This document shows, in pieces, positions 50,490 through 64,000 of a DNA stretch of 64,000 nucleotides. How positions within the stretch are numbered: position 1 is the first letter of the stretch; each line of letters starts with the position of its first letter. This DNA is from Octopus vulgaris (lineage: Eukaryota), in contig OX597816.1 in assembly GCA_951406725.2 (NCBI GenBank), positions 78,926,001 through 78,990,000 of the forward strand, written 5' to 3'. The notes under the pieces were generated by a model, which searched no databases, was not told the DNA's origin, and was given only the letters and a program-made list of their open reading frames with translations. A program made the translations under genes and the position numbers.

Positions 50490-52980
50490 ACAACGAAGTT
50501 GGAACCAAAGTGGGAGTGCTAGAAACTGAAACTTCTGTCGCGAGCTTGGACAATAGCCGGTGGAGATCCTCCAAACGTCATCAATGTAGAATCATTGAGC
50601 AGATAGAACAGAAGAAAAACGAATTTATCCGATTCTATGCCCTTATTAGACCACACATTGACACTCTTGGTGCCATCATGGAAAAGAACTGTGGCAAGGC
50701 TGATAAGGATGGGGAAAATGAAGCAACAACCAGACGTCCCTCTGATCCACTAGTCCCACAAAAGAATGGAGTCCCCATTCCTGTGAACAACCAGGCTGAT
50801 AAGGATAGGGAAGATGAAGAAGCAACAGCCAGAAGTCCCTCAACAAAAGAATGGAGCCCCATCCCTGTAGACAACCAGATGTATGTAAGGGCTACCACTA
50901 GTAAAGGAAGGAAAGACTACGAGTAAAAACATAAAAAGGGAAAAGGAGGAAAAGGAAAAGATGAAACAACTAAAACTGAAACCGAAAATCTCTAAACAAG
51001 AAACAACCCAAATATGGAGGCTCCAATGGAATCCCCAACTATACAGGAGAGAAAAAATTTGGAGTGAAGACGAAAACGTGCAAATTTTACTTGCAAGGCA
51101 AATGTTGGCATGGGGGAGACGGCACAAATTGCCGGTTCGCTCACTTGAGACTCCGCGAAAACTACATGGGCCTTAAGGAGAAATAGTTCCCAGAAGAGAG
51201 GCACCAATCGTCTCCAAAGAAGAAGTATGCAGATGCGGCGCACTCTTCAGATGTTATGCGAAAGGCAGTAGCTGAGCAAGAGTCTTTTTTGTGCATGGCA
51301 CAAAAGATTGTGCAGCAGCCGAGCTGGCTACATCAAGCGGAAACACGGAACCTTGCCCACCAATGCGCAAGACCACCACAATCAACAGACACGGGATGGC
51401 CCCACCTAATGCCAGCTCAGTCGTCTCGCCAATATCTTTACTAAATATTGGAGGCATGTTACATCACAACAACAAAAGCAAAATCTTTTTCCTGAGAAAC
51501 GTTGCTGCATGCAATCAAGCCCTATGCATAGTACTCGTGGAAACTCATCTTAGGCCTGATATAGAATATATAAAAGTACACTAACAAAGTATACCATAAT
51601 GCGAACGGACAGAAGGGAAAGGGGCGATAGTAGAGTTGCTGTATACACCCATGAAGACCTCACGCCCCAAGTCCTACTGTCACACACAAATTCAGTATGT
51701 GACACACAAGTTGTATACATAAGACAACACAATATAGTCATATGCAATACATATCACCCACCGGATGCTCCAAACCACACGGGCAAGTTTAGAGATTGCC
51801 TCACAAGAATAAAAGAAACACTTTGCAGAATTGCAACTTCTTCGAGGTTCTGTATCCTCTGAGGGACTTTGGTTTCGCTTGCATAGCTAGCAAGGGTGGC
51901 TACTTGAGTCAGAGAAGGCGACTATGAATAACAGTGGCCCCATGATAGTGTCCTGTGGAACACTACTCATTATTTGTGTTTTCCATGAGATGGCCCCCGT
52001 TGACCACCACTACTTGATTTCTATCTTTAAGAACGTCATGTGGCCATTCTCCAAGTTTTCCTACTATGTTAAAATTACTTGACAAATCATACCATGGTTA
52101 ACTTTGTCAAAGGCTTTTGCAAAGTCGAGGTATACCACGTCCACATTTGAGTTGTTAAGCAGCTACTTTAGCATCCAGTCGTAATGCTGCAAGAACTGTG
52201 TCAGGCCGCTTCTGCCTGGTCGGAAACAGTGCTGGATGTCAGTCAGCAAGTCACTCTCTTCAAGGGATGTAATTAATTTCCTTTGGACTCTTCGTTCCAT
52301 GACTTTGCTGATGTGTGAGGTCAGAGAGATAGGTCTACAGTTTTTAGCATCTACTCTACTTCCTCCTTTATGGATAAGGCATATTATTCCCTCCTTTAGT
52401 TTGTCTGGGAGTTTACTATTTCCGTGGAAGCTCTGAGAAAGTAGCTACAATGATTTTTCAAGGACTCGTTTGCATGACTAGAGAAGGATTGCTTGGAATC
52501 CATCAGGGCCAGTAGTTGAGTTTGCATCTACGTCATTTATTGCCAGTATTGCATCATTGTTGATGTAATGAATTGTTACTGCCTCCTGTTCAGGTTCTTT
52601 AGTAGTAAAGCATTCTACAGGTTTGCTAACTTGCATTTGTTATAGGGGTTAAGTGAAGACACTTTTAAATTGTTTATTCAGTGTTTCACTTATCTTCACT
52701 GGGGTTTCCCGTGTGTAAGCTATCGTTTTGGAGGAGTGGCCCTACCCCGTAATGTACAGAAGCAGTCTCCTTGGTGCACTTAAAGAAGGCTTTACGGTCT
52801 GATTTTACATTTCTTATAATCCAGGCTTTTCTGCCTGCTATTTCCTTCTCTTGGAAGCACTTCAGTTGTTTTTCAATCTCCTACAGTGTTATTTCCAGGT
52901 GGGATTTCTCACTGTCATTGAGTTCTCTGTTGAGGCGGTTTTCAATCTTTGTATACCGTTCCATAAGAACTTTTCCCTGC
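50490..52980. mobile_element. Rearranged CR1/Zenon-like LINE: ORF1 + APE start on plus (50490-51825), linker/RT on minus (51825-52980)
   Basis: ORF1 CCCH finger CKFYLQGKCWHGGDGTNCRFAH at 51079-51144; VETHL and EDLTPQVLLS...NSVCDT as in the 43330-46170 element; minus strand RPISLTSHISKVMERRV, YLDFAKAFDKV. Confidence 0.85.
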
Positions 52981-53149
52981 TTCTGTGAGGCCCAACACCC
53001 GAAATGATCTTTTCATGTGTCACCGGCATTGGGCGCTTTGCCTCCACAAGGTCCGATGCTCAAAAGGTGCTTTTTATGTGCCAGTTACATGACACCAGTA
53101 TCAGCCACGACCACGATTTCACTTCTGGATGGGTAATGTTAGTGCACTT

Positions 53150-53750
53150 ATACAATAAAATGTAAGTGGATAGAAACAAAAATTGAGTATATGAGGCATC
53201 AAATGTACTGTGTGAGAGAGGGGACTGCACTGGTGTAGTCATGGGATGTGTATGAATGAGGACAGCTGCATCAAGAAGTGCTGATCTCAAACTGTGGAAG
53301 GTGTGTGAGGAAAGAGTAGACCCAGAAAGAGGTGGGACAATGTACTGAGAAAAGATCTTCAGGCATTGAGCCTTACGGAAGTGATTACATGGGACCAAGA
53401 CATCTGGTGGTTTGCTGTGCTTCAAAATACATGCCAAGCTAAGTAAAATCATGGTCATCCATGCATACAGATATGTCCTCAACATCCCTCTTTCAGCTGA
53501 GAGATCTTAATCTTGTGGACTTGTGGCTGTTGGTGCTAAGTGAAAACAACCATGATGTTGCCACACATGTACTGGTGCTACACTTAAAGTACCCAATACA
53601 CTTTGGTAAGTGATTGGCATTTGAAGAGCATCCAACCATAGAAGCCATGCCAAAACAGACAAATGGAGTCCAGGCAGCTCTCTAGCTGACCAGCTCTTGT
53701 CAATCAGTTCCACTCATAGCATCTTGATAATGGACGTTAAATGATGATGT
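53150..53750 (+). mobile_element. RTE-type LINE 3' end remnant followed by family-B 3' UTR and (GAT)n tail
   Basis: LHWCSHG...RPRKRWDNVLRKDL-like C-terminus, then family-B motif and GGACGTTAAATGATGATG. Confidence 0.6.
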
Positions 53751-53776
53751 ATATGTATACATATATATACATAGAG

Positions 53777-53811
<35 letters not shown>

Positions 53812-53889
53812 TGTATACATGCATACATAATACATACATATGTACATACATACATACATACATGCATGCATGCATACATACATACATAT

Positions 53890-54965
53890 TGTTATGAAGG
53901 AGTCAATTTGGGGACAGTGCTGGCGACCCACTTTTGGGAGTAACTCCATTGTTCTGCCAGATTCAGGTGAATTAATTAGCTCTGGGCGACCCCTTGACCC
54001 CTTCAGGTGAAATAAAGTTCGAAGAAGCTACTCCTTAAAATAAGCAGTTCAGTTTGTGAGACACAGTCAGCATTTGGGATTCAAGGCAGACAGTCGGCAG
54101 TTCGGATTGGAAGGAGGCAGTCAGCATTTGGATTTCAAGGCAAGCGGCCGGAGTTGTCAGTTTGTGAGAGTCAGTCGGCAGTTCGGACTGGAAGGAAGTC
54201 AGTCAGCATTTTGGGATTCAAGGCAAGCGGTCGACGGTTGGATTGTACAGCGAGTTAGTAATGGTTGTTCTGCTGTGACAGAGGAAGACAGACAGAGAGG
54301 ATTGAGGAACTGCGAGAGATTACGGCGGGAAGGCATGGCTATTTGTAGTGGGAGTTGTAAATGAAGAACTCACGGTATGTATTTTGTTTATGTTTTTGAT
54401 GTGTTGAAAAGAAATGAACATTGTGTTAAAGAATTAATGTGAAAAGAAAAAGAGAAAGAGAGGAAAAGAAAAAGAAAGAACTGTGAAGAGAATTGTTGAG
54501 TTGAGAAGAGAAAGAAAAGAGAAAGGCTCTGTTGTAGTCTTTAATGAACATTGAACTGATTTGAACTGTTGTCTCCGGACTGTGCTATATCGTGAACATT
54601 CTGTTTTGATTCGACGTGAACTGATTTGAATTATTTGGATTTGATGTATAATTGCATAAACTGTTGTCTATGTATATGCCTTGATTGTAACAATGTATCT
54701 GCATGCTGTTGCTTATATTTTCCTATATTTTCTGTGATGTTGTATCTTGATGATGATTATGTAACGAATATGATAAACTGTAGTTAAATGTAGCCGATTG
54801 CTTTGCCCTCTTTGTGTCTCTCTCAGTGTCTCTTTGTTGTTGTTGTTCTCTCCGGTCGGGTTGCCGGGTTCGCCGCCTTCTCCCCACCGAGTTCTCTGTT
54901 TCCGTGGTGAGTTCGTCGATCGATCGAGCCAGGTCAATCGAGGTGGATTGCCCCCGCCCGTATCA
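53890..54965. mobile_element. Solo LTR (~1.08 kb)
   Basis: TGTTATG...CGTATCA termini, 4-bp TSD ATAT, internal short tandem repeats (AGTCAGCATTTGG x3). Confidence 0.6.
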
Positions 54966-55585
54966 ATATGTACGTACGTACATACATATATATATATAAC
55001 TTAAATGAGGAAAAGAGAAATCCAAATCGATGTTGAAAATGAGCATATTTCTTTGTTCTGTACCATATATAAATTTATGTGATATATGCAGTATATGAAA
55101 CATATGTAATACAATAAAATTAAGAAAAATAACCATTATTCATTCACATCCTTAAACATAATGATTTGAAACAACTAATCTATGAAATAAACATGCAATG
55201 CAAAATAAATATATATAACTTTATACACAAGTCAACTCCAAGCAAATAGACTGAACATATACAATCATTCATCAACGAACTTCTTAGCGTTTTATGACAT
55301 ATTAAATGTCTCAAAATGCTATGAAGACATAAGCAATGAATTTTACTTTAGAGAAAACTGGAAGAATGTAGTGCTGTACCTGAATATTGGTTGTTGTTTA
55401 TCTCTGAATGAGCAGACCAATGATATATAGGTAGAAGGGGAAATGAATAGGTGCTGTCCACAAGACTTCTGTCTTAGGCATGTCATATGTCAGGGTCCAT
55501 TCAGCACACATTCTGATATGTAGTGGCTTATCTTCTTGGCAGACAGAAACTAAAAGAAGCCCATCATAAAGACAGAAACTAAAAG

Positions 55586-55815
55586 GCGGCGAGCTGGCAG
55601 AAACATTAGCATGCCGGGTGAAATGTTTAGAGGTATTTCGTCTATCTTTACGCCCTGAGTTCAAATTCCGCCAAGGTCAACTTTGCCTTTCATCCTTTCG
55701 GGGTCGATAAATTAAGTACCAGTTACACACTGGGGTCGATGTAATCAACTTAATCCCTTTGTCTGTCCTTGTTTGTCCCCTCTATGTTTAGCCCCTTGTG
55801 GGCAATAAAGAAATA
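55586..55815 (+). mobile_element. tRNA-derived SINE with Meta-like central domain (family C)
   Basis: Head GGCGAGCTGGCAGAA...GAGTTCAAATTCC; core GCCTTTCATCCTTTCGGGGTCGATAAA; 12-bp TSD AGAAACTAAAAG at 55574-55585 and 55816-55827. Confidence 0.8.
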
Positions 55816-56631
55816 AGAAACTAAAAGAAGCCCATTATATATGTGTGCTTTTCTCTGTGTGTGTGTGTCTCTGTGTGCATGAATATGTACAATCTTTGGT
55901 GAGCTGTACTACAATGACACCACCACTTGTAAGCAATGTCACTATTTTTAGCTAGTTTACAACCAGTGATGTTTATTGGCATTTCCTGTCAGCAAATCAC
56001 CCTCTAGATCTGCACTTTTGAATACCTCTGGAATTAAAGTTCCCTTAATTGATAAACAGGAAGAGATCCTGCCCCAAATACTGTTCTATCTAAACTTTGT
56101 TAGCTTGGAAATATGGGAATTAAACAACTGAATGAACGTAATATTTCTTTCTCACTTGACGTTGTTTAGCTCTAGATCAGTCTTGATCAAACAGACTTAA
56201 GTTCAAAGAAATTCCAACTGTGATCATCTTGTTTTCTTTTCAGACATCATTGTATCATCACATTAACCAATGTCTTCTTCGTTTTTTAAGATGGTAAGGT
56301 GTGATTTGAGGGTGATATGGTAGCTAATTCCAGAAGGCCTAATGATCACATGGTTCCTTCTTGTCTTATACAAACTGACTTTCATTTGCTTTTCTCAGTA
56401 GTTCCTGCATGTTACCACTATTTATCGACAATACAATGTTCAGCACAGTCTTCTCCATTCTAAACAATATTTCAGTTTCTTAAACATGCATTATTTATTC
56501 AGCATTTTCCTATCAATTCAGTGATGAAACCCATCCACAGTAGTTTAGTCTGAGAGAAGTAGTAACTAAACATCCCTCAAATCAGACCCAACTACATGAA
56601 AATAGAAGGAAACATAGACAGCAATTTGAAA

Positions 56632-56806
56632 GGTGGGGCAAGTTGATTATGATGACACCAGTGCTTGACTGGTACTTAATTTATTGATCTTGAAAGGATG
56701 AAAGGCAAAGTTGACCTTGGCAGAATTTCAACTCAGAATGTAAAGGTGGATGAAATGTCACTAAGCATTTTGTCTGGCATGCTAGCAGGTATGCTAGCTC
56801 GCTGCT
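56632..56806 (-). mobile_element. Diverged SINE family C copy
   Basis: Reverse complement homologous to 55586-55760. Confidence 0.7.
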
Positions 56807-56908
56807 TTACATAGAGAGATAATGATGTCTGGGATGACCTGATAGCTTAAAAATGGTATAATAAGGTCCTTTATATTCATTCTGAGCAGACCTACTAATC
56901 AATAGCAT

Positions 56909-59900
56909 TGTAGCATGGCAGTTTCTGCCATTTTGAAATATGACTATAGCGATTTCTAATATCGTCACTGTTGAAAGGCAAGGCAAGAAATGATCTCGTT
57001 TGAGGTTACAGCCATCTTCGGCCAACTAGTTCCTGTTGTAAACACTAACCTGATTGGTTGACACGTATATACTACGCAGCCAATAATAAGCATAAGTACG
57101 GAATTATTGTCACAGAAGAAGCTGAAGAAGGAATTTTAAAAAAAAAGAAACAAAAACAAAATATATATTCATAAAAATAATGGAGCAGGAAAAAAAAGAA
57201 CCCGAGACATCGTACTTCGACAGAAGTCACACACAAGCTTCTGTCAATGTACTGAATTGTGTCCCGTGGTCTGGAGACACAGTAATTTGGTTGGCGCAAC
57301 TAGAGGCAAGCTTTAAAGCCAACAGAATAACAAATGAGGGGCAGAAGTACAACATCATGCTTAGTAATTTGCCTCCACCTCTAAGCAATGAAATCAGAGA
57401 TCTGTTACTGAACCCTATGGAGCCAGTTTTGTATTCTTCGATTAAAGAAGAGATATTGAAGCGTACGTCAAGTTCGAAGCAAAAAGAATTCGCAAAATTA
57501 TTTAACAACGAAGAGCTGGGTAGTAGAAAGCCCACACAGCTTCTACGAAGGATGAACGAACTGCTGTGGAATCAGCAAGTAGAGGAATCGTACCTCAAGG
57601 AGGTATTTTTCAATAAACTGCCGTACAAAACCCAAACTTTACTCTCGGCCGTAAAAAACCAGAATTCAAATCAGCAGTTGGCTGATCTCGCAGACGGTAT
57701 TTTGGAGTTATCGTCTAGAGAAACTATTAGTGCGATTCCATCTATTTCAAGTGAAATACAAGAGTTAAAAAAATGTTACGAGAAACAATTCGACATATTA
57801 ACGAAGAAAATAGAGAGCTTACAACTTGAGAGAAACGGCCGCTCCGATCAACAAAAAAATACAAGATGGCGCAGGAGATCGAAGAGCCCTAGCTTGAAAA
57901 GAAATGCCATATGCTGGTATCACGCTAAATTCGGAGAAAATTCTTTCAAATGCATCAAACCCTGTGCGTTTGATTTCCTTGCTAAAAAAAAGGGGAAATT
58001 CGGAAAACTTCTAAACCATAGATTGGAGGCGACGAAGTCTGTGGATAACATTATAAAAAGTCGCGTTTTTCATCTACGACCTGAACTTGAAATAAAGATT
58101 TCTCGTGGATACAGGAGCAGCGTGTTCAATATGGCCTGTAAGGCTCTTAAAACAGAAAACCAAACCTGTGTATATGACGCTTCAAGCGGTGAACCAGTCT
58201 GAAATCCAAACATTTGGAGAGATTAGCTTGACGCTCGATATAAATTTACGAAGAGAGTACAAATGGATCTTCATAGTAGCGGATTTACCATATCCAATAT
58301 TAGGAGCGGATTTTTTGGCGCACTATCATTTAATGGTAGATGTGCACAAACAAAAATTAATAGACACACAAACCTCCTTAAAGATTCAGGGAATGAGATG
58401 CAGGAGAGCAACAATTAGTCCACTATATTTCATAGCGTCCTCAGAAAATAGGTATCACAGGATTTTGAAAAATTATCCAAAAATCACAAAACAGTTAGCT
58501 CTAAATACCACGTGTGCATATTCGGTAGAACATCACATCATCCCACAAGGACCACCGAGTTTTTCTAAGCCGAGAAGCTTATCTCCGGAAAAATTGAAGG
58601 TAGCTAAGGCAGAATTTCGGCATATGATGGATCTAGGTATAATCCGTCCTTCCAGTAGTAGCTGGTCAACACCATTAGTTATGGTAAAGAAAAACCTTAT
58701 CGACTGGCGACCTTGTGGAGATTTCAGATAGCTGAATGCGAAAACAAAGCCTGACAAATATCCAATAACCCACATAATGGATTTTGCAACTTCTTTGAGT
58801 GGGTGTACTATCTTTTCAAAAATTGATTTAGTCAGAGCATACAATCAAATTCCTGTGGCAGAGAATGATATACCGAAGACAGGGATTACCACTCCATTCG
58901 GTTTGTTTGAATTTCTTCGCATGCCTTTCGGATTGAGGAACGCAGCAAATACTTTTCAACGGTTTATGGATGAAGTAACACGAGATTTACCTTTCGTGTT
59001 TGCTTATATAGATGATATTCTCATCGCTAGTCCATCAGAAGAAACGCATGAAGAGCATTTAAAAAAAATCTTCGAACGATTAACAAACTTTGGCATTGTG
59101 ATAAACCCATCGAAATGTATTTTTGGTGAAACAACTATATCTTTTTTGGGTCATCTTATAGATAAAGATGGAATTCGCCCATTACCAGAAAAATTTGAAG
59201 CGATAAAAAACTTTCCTGTACCAAATAATTTAAGGAAACTCAGAGAATATTTAGGGATCGTCAATTTTTACAGGAAGTTTATTCCTAAAGTTACGGAAAC
59301 CCTATATCCCTTAACTGAGCTATTGAAAAATAGGAAGAAAAAAAATGAAGCCATAACTTTAAAAGAGACAGAATTACAAGCTTTTAAAGAAATTAAAGAG
59401 AAACTGTGTAAAGCAACGCTTTTAAACCATCAGGTTCCTGAAGCGAAATTATCATTGATGGTTGATGCTTCCGATGTTGGAATCGGTGGTGTTATACAGC
59501 AATTTCATTGTAATTCCTGGCAACCATTAGCATTTTTTTCAAAAAAATTCAAGGCACCAGAAACTAAATACAGTGTGTTCGGCAGAGAATTGTTGGCAGC
59601 TTATTCATCAGTTAAACATTTCAGACATCTTCTTGAAGGTAGGTCATTTACTTTATTCACTGACCATAAACCATTAACATATGCATTAAAAAATTCTTCG
59701 GAGAGATATTCTCCTAGAGAAATTAGACACCTTGATTTTATTTCACAGTTTACTGTGGATATACGTTATATCAAGGGTGTTGAAAATTCAGTAGCAGATG
59801 CACTTTCTAGAATGAATGTAGATGCATTAAACTCATTAAATATTATAAATTTGGAAGAAATGTCCAAGGATCAAGTTGCAGATAAAGAATTTTCTTTATA

Positions 59901-61410
59901 TAAAAATTCCGATTCAACTGCTTTAAAATTTAAAATGTTGCCGATACATTCGTATAATTCACATATTTGGTGTGATATTTCTACAGGTTTTTCGAGACCA
60001 TTTGTGCCTGAAATGTTTTTTCTAGCCTACATAATTTATCTCATCCAGGTATAGAAGCTTCGTTAAAGTTAATATCAAATCGTTTTGTTTGGCCTGGCAT
60101 GAAAAAAGATATTCGTTCATGGGTAAAGTCATGTATGCAATGTCAGAAATCTAAAGTGCAGCGGCACATCAAAGCACCATTAGGTACATTTGCAAATCCG
60201 GATGCGAGATTCCAACGCATCCACATCGATATAGTGGGACCCTTACCTCCATGTGAGGATAATATCTATTTGTTGACGTGTGTCGATCGCTTTTCAAGAT
60301 GGCCCGAGGCTTATCCGATAAAAGATGTATCTGTGGTAACTATAGCAAAAACCTTGTTTACCAATTGGATGTCTAGATTTGGCATCCCAAATACAGTGAC
60401 AACAGATCGTGGTAGACAATTTGAGTCTAGCTTGTTCGCAGAATTCAATAAATTGTTGGGGATTAATAGAATTCGTACTTCATATCACCCACAATCTAAC
60501 GGAATGGTAGAAAGATTCCATAGACAGTTGAAAGCTTCATTAAGAACTTATTTTAATTCTAACGATTGGCTGGAGGCTTTCCCAGTGGTATTGTTGGGAA
60601 TTAGAAGTGCGGTTAAAGAAACTATACAGTATTCTCCGGCTGAACTTTTGTACGGAACAACATTAACTCTACCTGCTCAAATGTTCGAAGAAACTAATTT
60701 TTTCAATGGAGATGTTAATGATTATGTAACTCGTCTAAAAAAATTTCTTACGGATATTCTTTCTTGTACAAGAAAATTGCAAAATGTTAAAAGTTTTCTT
60801 CCTTCGGATATAAAATCTTGGACACATGTGTATGTCCGTAACGATGCAGCTCATAATTCACTGAAACATAAATACACCGGACCTTTTAAAGTATTATCGG
60901 TTACAGACAAAACTATGACTTTGGAGATGAATGGAAAGAAAGAAATTGTCAGTGTCGACAGAGTAAAAAAAGCTTATTTCGACCAATATCCATGTCATGA
61001 AACCGGAGATATGAGCAACACACATCAACACAACGTGAAACACAAAAATGATATAGAAAAAAACAGATCCGATGTTGAGGGAAAAGCGAAATCAATTCTA
61101 AAATCACCTACAAATGTAAAAAAACTAGAAGTGGTAGAACTGTACACTTCCCCCCAAAATTTTTTCAGTTTGTTTGAGGATATATTTTTTTTTTTAAAAA
61201 AAGAAAATTTTTTTAAATTTTATCCATGGATTATATATATATATATAAAAAAGATTTGATTTATATTCATAGATTATATAAAAACAACAAAAAAAAGAAA
61301 AAAAACATTATTTTTTTTTCAGTGAAAGGAGAGGAACAATGTACAAACAGGATAAATGTAAGCGGTATTGGAAAGACTAAATTCATATGTTTTAAACTTG
61401 TAAATGCATT

Positions 61411-61453
<43 letters not shown>

Positions 61454-62206
61454 AACGAATTTCCTTCGCAAAATTGTAACAATTTTTCTGGCAAGGGGCT
61501 GATGTAGCATGGCAGTTTCAGCCATTTTGAAATATGACTATAGCGATTTCTAATATCGTCACTGTTGAAAGGCAAGGCAAGAAATGATCTTGTTTGAGGT
61601 TACAGCCATCTTCGGCCAACTAGCTCCTGTTGTAAACACTAACCTGATTGGTTGACACGTGACGCGATTTGTCTCTACTTATTTCGCGCCACTGTCCCGA
61701 AATAACCAATCACGGCCTTTGGTTAAGATTCCGTTTTTGAGGCTCCTTTGAGCCAACCAACCGGTATATAAAGGAGTGTTTTCAGACACTTTTCGTCTTT
61801 TAGTTCCAGTTCTTCTAAGAACTAACTTTAGGCCACAGCGTTACTCAACCAAGCGATATACGATTGTTCTGGCTACTACCGGCTACGTTAATGTACACAA
61901 TCATAGAAAGCCTACTATCTTCCCCGTCGCCACCATCATGTACCTTCTATGCCAGCCGCATTCACCCTGATTGTCCTGCCACACACATGAACACACAGAC
62001 ACAAGACATGCGAACGCTTACAAACTCCTAACGTTGACACAATTGTAAAATAAACAATATTTATATCTCAACAGCAAGACTTGTCAATTCACTTATGTTC
62101 TATTGTTACTGCATGTATTTATGGCTTGTAATAATTCGTTAAGAGTAGAACCACGTGCGATCGTATTTCCTACACGATACGACCGCATGTGATCCTATTG
62201 CTTACA
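56909..62206 (+). mobile_element. Ty3/Gypsy (CsRn1-like) LTR retrotransposon with deleted 5' LTR end/PBS
   Basis: 3' LTR 61503-62206 (TGTAGCA...TGCTTACA); 5' LTR only 56909-57066 (about 3 mismatches); 4-bp TSD GCAT; PPT GGCAAGGGG. Confidence 0.92.
57180..61150 (+). pseudogene. CsRn1-type Gag and Pol (protease, RT, RNase H, integrase), disrupted
   Basis: Gag WLAQLEASF and CWYHAKFG...CIKPC; VDTGA; IDLVRAYNQ; YIDD; DASD...RELLA; HIDIVGP...DRG...SNGMVERFHR; TAG at 58729 and frameshifts near 58080 and 60010. Confidence 0.92.
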
Positions 62207-62308
62207 GCATCAACTCTACATTTGTGCATTAGAATTAAGAAGGTCCAGTAGAAACTACTTAATTCCTTCTGTAATAGAAGTTGTATGAGAGAATAGAAAA
62301 ATACTTAC

Positions 62309-62442
62309 AAAACAGATTGGTGAATAAAACTCTTTATTATTGCCACATATTACAGCCTTCGTGATGGCTGAGAAATACTTTCTGCAGTTTTGATACTCTA
62401 CAATTTCATTTTTGATTTCTTGTAAAGTATATACACTTTCAT
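62309..62442 (-). CDS. S1 serine protease, penultimate coding exon
   Basis: Acceptor ttttcatttaatttctAG, donor GTAAGT; 134 nt (phase 1 to 0): xESVYTLQEIKNEIVEYQNCRKYFSAITKAVICGNNKEFYSPICF; joins in frame to the GDSGGP exon; upstream exons not found in window. Confidence 0.9.
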
Positions 62443-62723
62443 CTAGAAATTAAATGAAAACAAAAAGAAAAATATTCACCATAACATTTTAAATTTAATT
62501 TAATTGTTCAAGACAAAGAAAACTGAAAGGAAAACATATATTTCTGTAATACTTGGAATATAATTCTCAATGCATCTAAAATTTAAATGCTGAAAAATGA
62601 ATTTATATATAAGGGCATGGTGGCCTTAGGAAGGGCATCCAGCTGTAGAAATCTTGCCAGATCAGCATGGAACCTCATGTAGCCTCCTGGCTTGTCAGAC
62701 CACAGTCAAACCGTCCAACCGGT

Positions 62724-62773
<50 letters not shown>

Positions 62774-63017
62774 GTATGAGAGAAGGAGAATCTGACTATT
62801 GTGGATCCAATAGAAGGGCCAGCAATCCAAATAGACAGTAGCTAGATTAAGTGAACACATAGAGAGATGTGCAGATAATATCCAACCAAACTTCACAGTT
62901 TTTCCCCACCTACCATTGCAAAGAAACAACTTCTCTACAAGAACATTTCAATAAAGAAAATTTAGAACATGTCTAAATATGAACGCATAACCAACTTTGA
63001 TCGTAGGATATTGTTGT

Positions 63018-64000
63018 TGTTATATATATCTAATGTATTGAGTATTAAAGGAAGTAGTGAGTATTTAGTATGAAAGATTAAAAAAGTGAGAGAGACTGAA
63101 AAAACGTGTTAACGATACGAGATACTTTATTAGACTGCGCGTTGTTGTACAAGGTATCTGTTGTGGCGGGAAACCTATTGATTGTCCTTGTATCAAGGGA
63201 GACAATGGGCAACGTTAATTGTTCATGTTTGTTGTGATGATTACATAACATCTCACCCCTTTAAAAAAATTTTTTTTTATCTGTATCTACAGGGAATAAT
63301 TATTCGTCGTCCACTTTTTGTGGTTTTATTATTTTGTAGTGTTGAATTCTGTAGTTGTGCTGTTTTTGTTTTTTCATGCGTGTTTGTTGACTTTGGAAAT
63401 ATATTTTCATAATCTAATTCTTCTGTTATGCGAACGTGTTCGTTTGTTTTAAGAATATGTTGTCTATTTCGTTTGACTGTATTACCTTCCTCTGTTATTA
63501 CTAAGTATGAACGAGGTTGCTCTAGTTTTTTAATTATTTTGCCCCTTCTAAACCAATTGTTGTTAAACTTAATTCTAACCGTGTCGTGTGGTTTTAACTC
63601 TGGGAGTTCTGTTGTAATGTTTGATTTCTTCTTTTCGTGAGGCCTGATACCAATTTTGTCGTGTAGTATGTTTGGGAGATTTGTTCGCAATGTTCTATTC
63701 ATTATTTGATTTGCAGGGGATGGTGCACCATTTTGTAATTTAGTCGTGCGTCATGCTAAGAGCGCTAATTGAGGTTCATCGCCACTTTTGAATGCCTTTT
63801 TTAGCGTCTTTTTTATTGTCTGTATATTTCTCTCAACCATGCCATTCGCTTGATGATAATGCGGGCTTGTCTTCGTGTGATGAAAATGCCAATTTTTTGC
63901 AATTTTTTTGAATTCAGCCGAATTGAATTCTGGACCGTTGTCACTTACAACTGTTTGCGGAATTCCGAATTTAGCAAAAGTTTCTTTTAATTTTTTGATT
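63018..64000 (-). mobile_element. Ty3/Gypsy element 3' end (integrase C-half, PPT, 3' LTR), cut by window edge
   Basis: FGIPQTVVSDNGPEF...SPHYHQANGMVER; PRSYLV...RNRQH; PPT AAAGGGGTGAGA; LTR TGTTAT...ATAACA at 63018-63250. Confidence 0.88.

Noticed and set aside
50006-50926. 306-aa ORF as a host membrane protein
   Set aside because: The N-half is a CT low-complexity tract and the C-half is a LINE ORF1 remnant
55380-55403. 24-nt AG/GT-bounded mini-exon in the protease intron
   Set aside because: In phase 0 it reads AGA-TAA (stop) and would split CF from GDSGGP
62675-62929. ORF with GRWGKT as the upstream protease GWG exon
   Set aside because: No DIAL/P-C context or compatible phase-1 donor; runs into a microsatellite and repeat

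Overview
AT-rich, microsatellite-dense eukaryotic DNA. The interspersed repeat families resemble those I recall from octopus/cephalopod genomes; this is an inference, as no search was run. Most of the window is nested transposable elements. These include four Ty3/Gypsy LTR elements (one Mag-like with identical LTRs, one CsRn1-like) plus a solo LTR, a near-complete Penelope-like element (RT + C-terminal GIY-YIG), and fragments of Hydra-type Penelope elements. RTE and CR1/Zenon-like LINEs, several tRNA-SINE families, mariner and hAT remnants, non-autonomous Helitrons and a 2.4-kb (TATAT)n array are also present. One host gene is visible but absent from the ORF track: the last two coding exons of an S1 (chymotrypsin-fold) serine protease on the minus strand (62309-62442 and 39327-39494, joining as ...SPICF|GDSGGP...), separated by a 22.8-kb TE-filled intron. 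The most striking non-coding signal is roughly 20 minimal type I hammerhead-ribozyme (HHR)-like motifs from about 8 unrelated repeat families. Almost all have a palindromic stem III and many lie in head-to-head inverted arrangements. They include a tRNA-headed (Pol III) short element carrying an HHR, and families with fixed non-canonical cores (UUGACAA = U3-A8 swap; CUGUNGA = A6U). Ribozyme calls are from reading motifs by eye; activity is untested.
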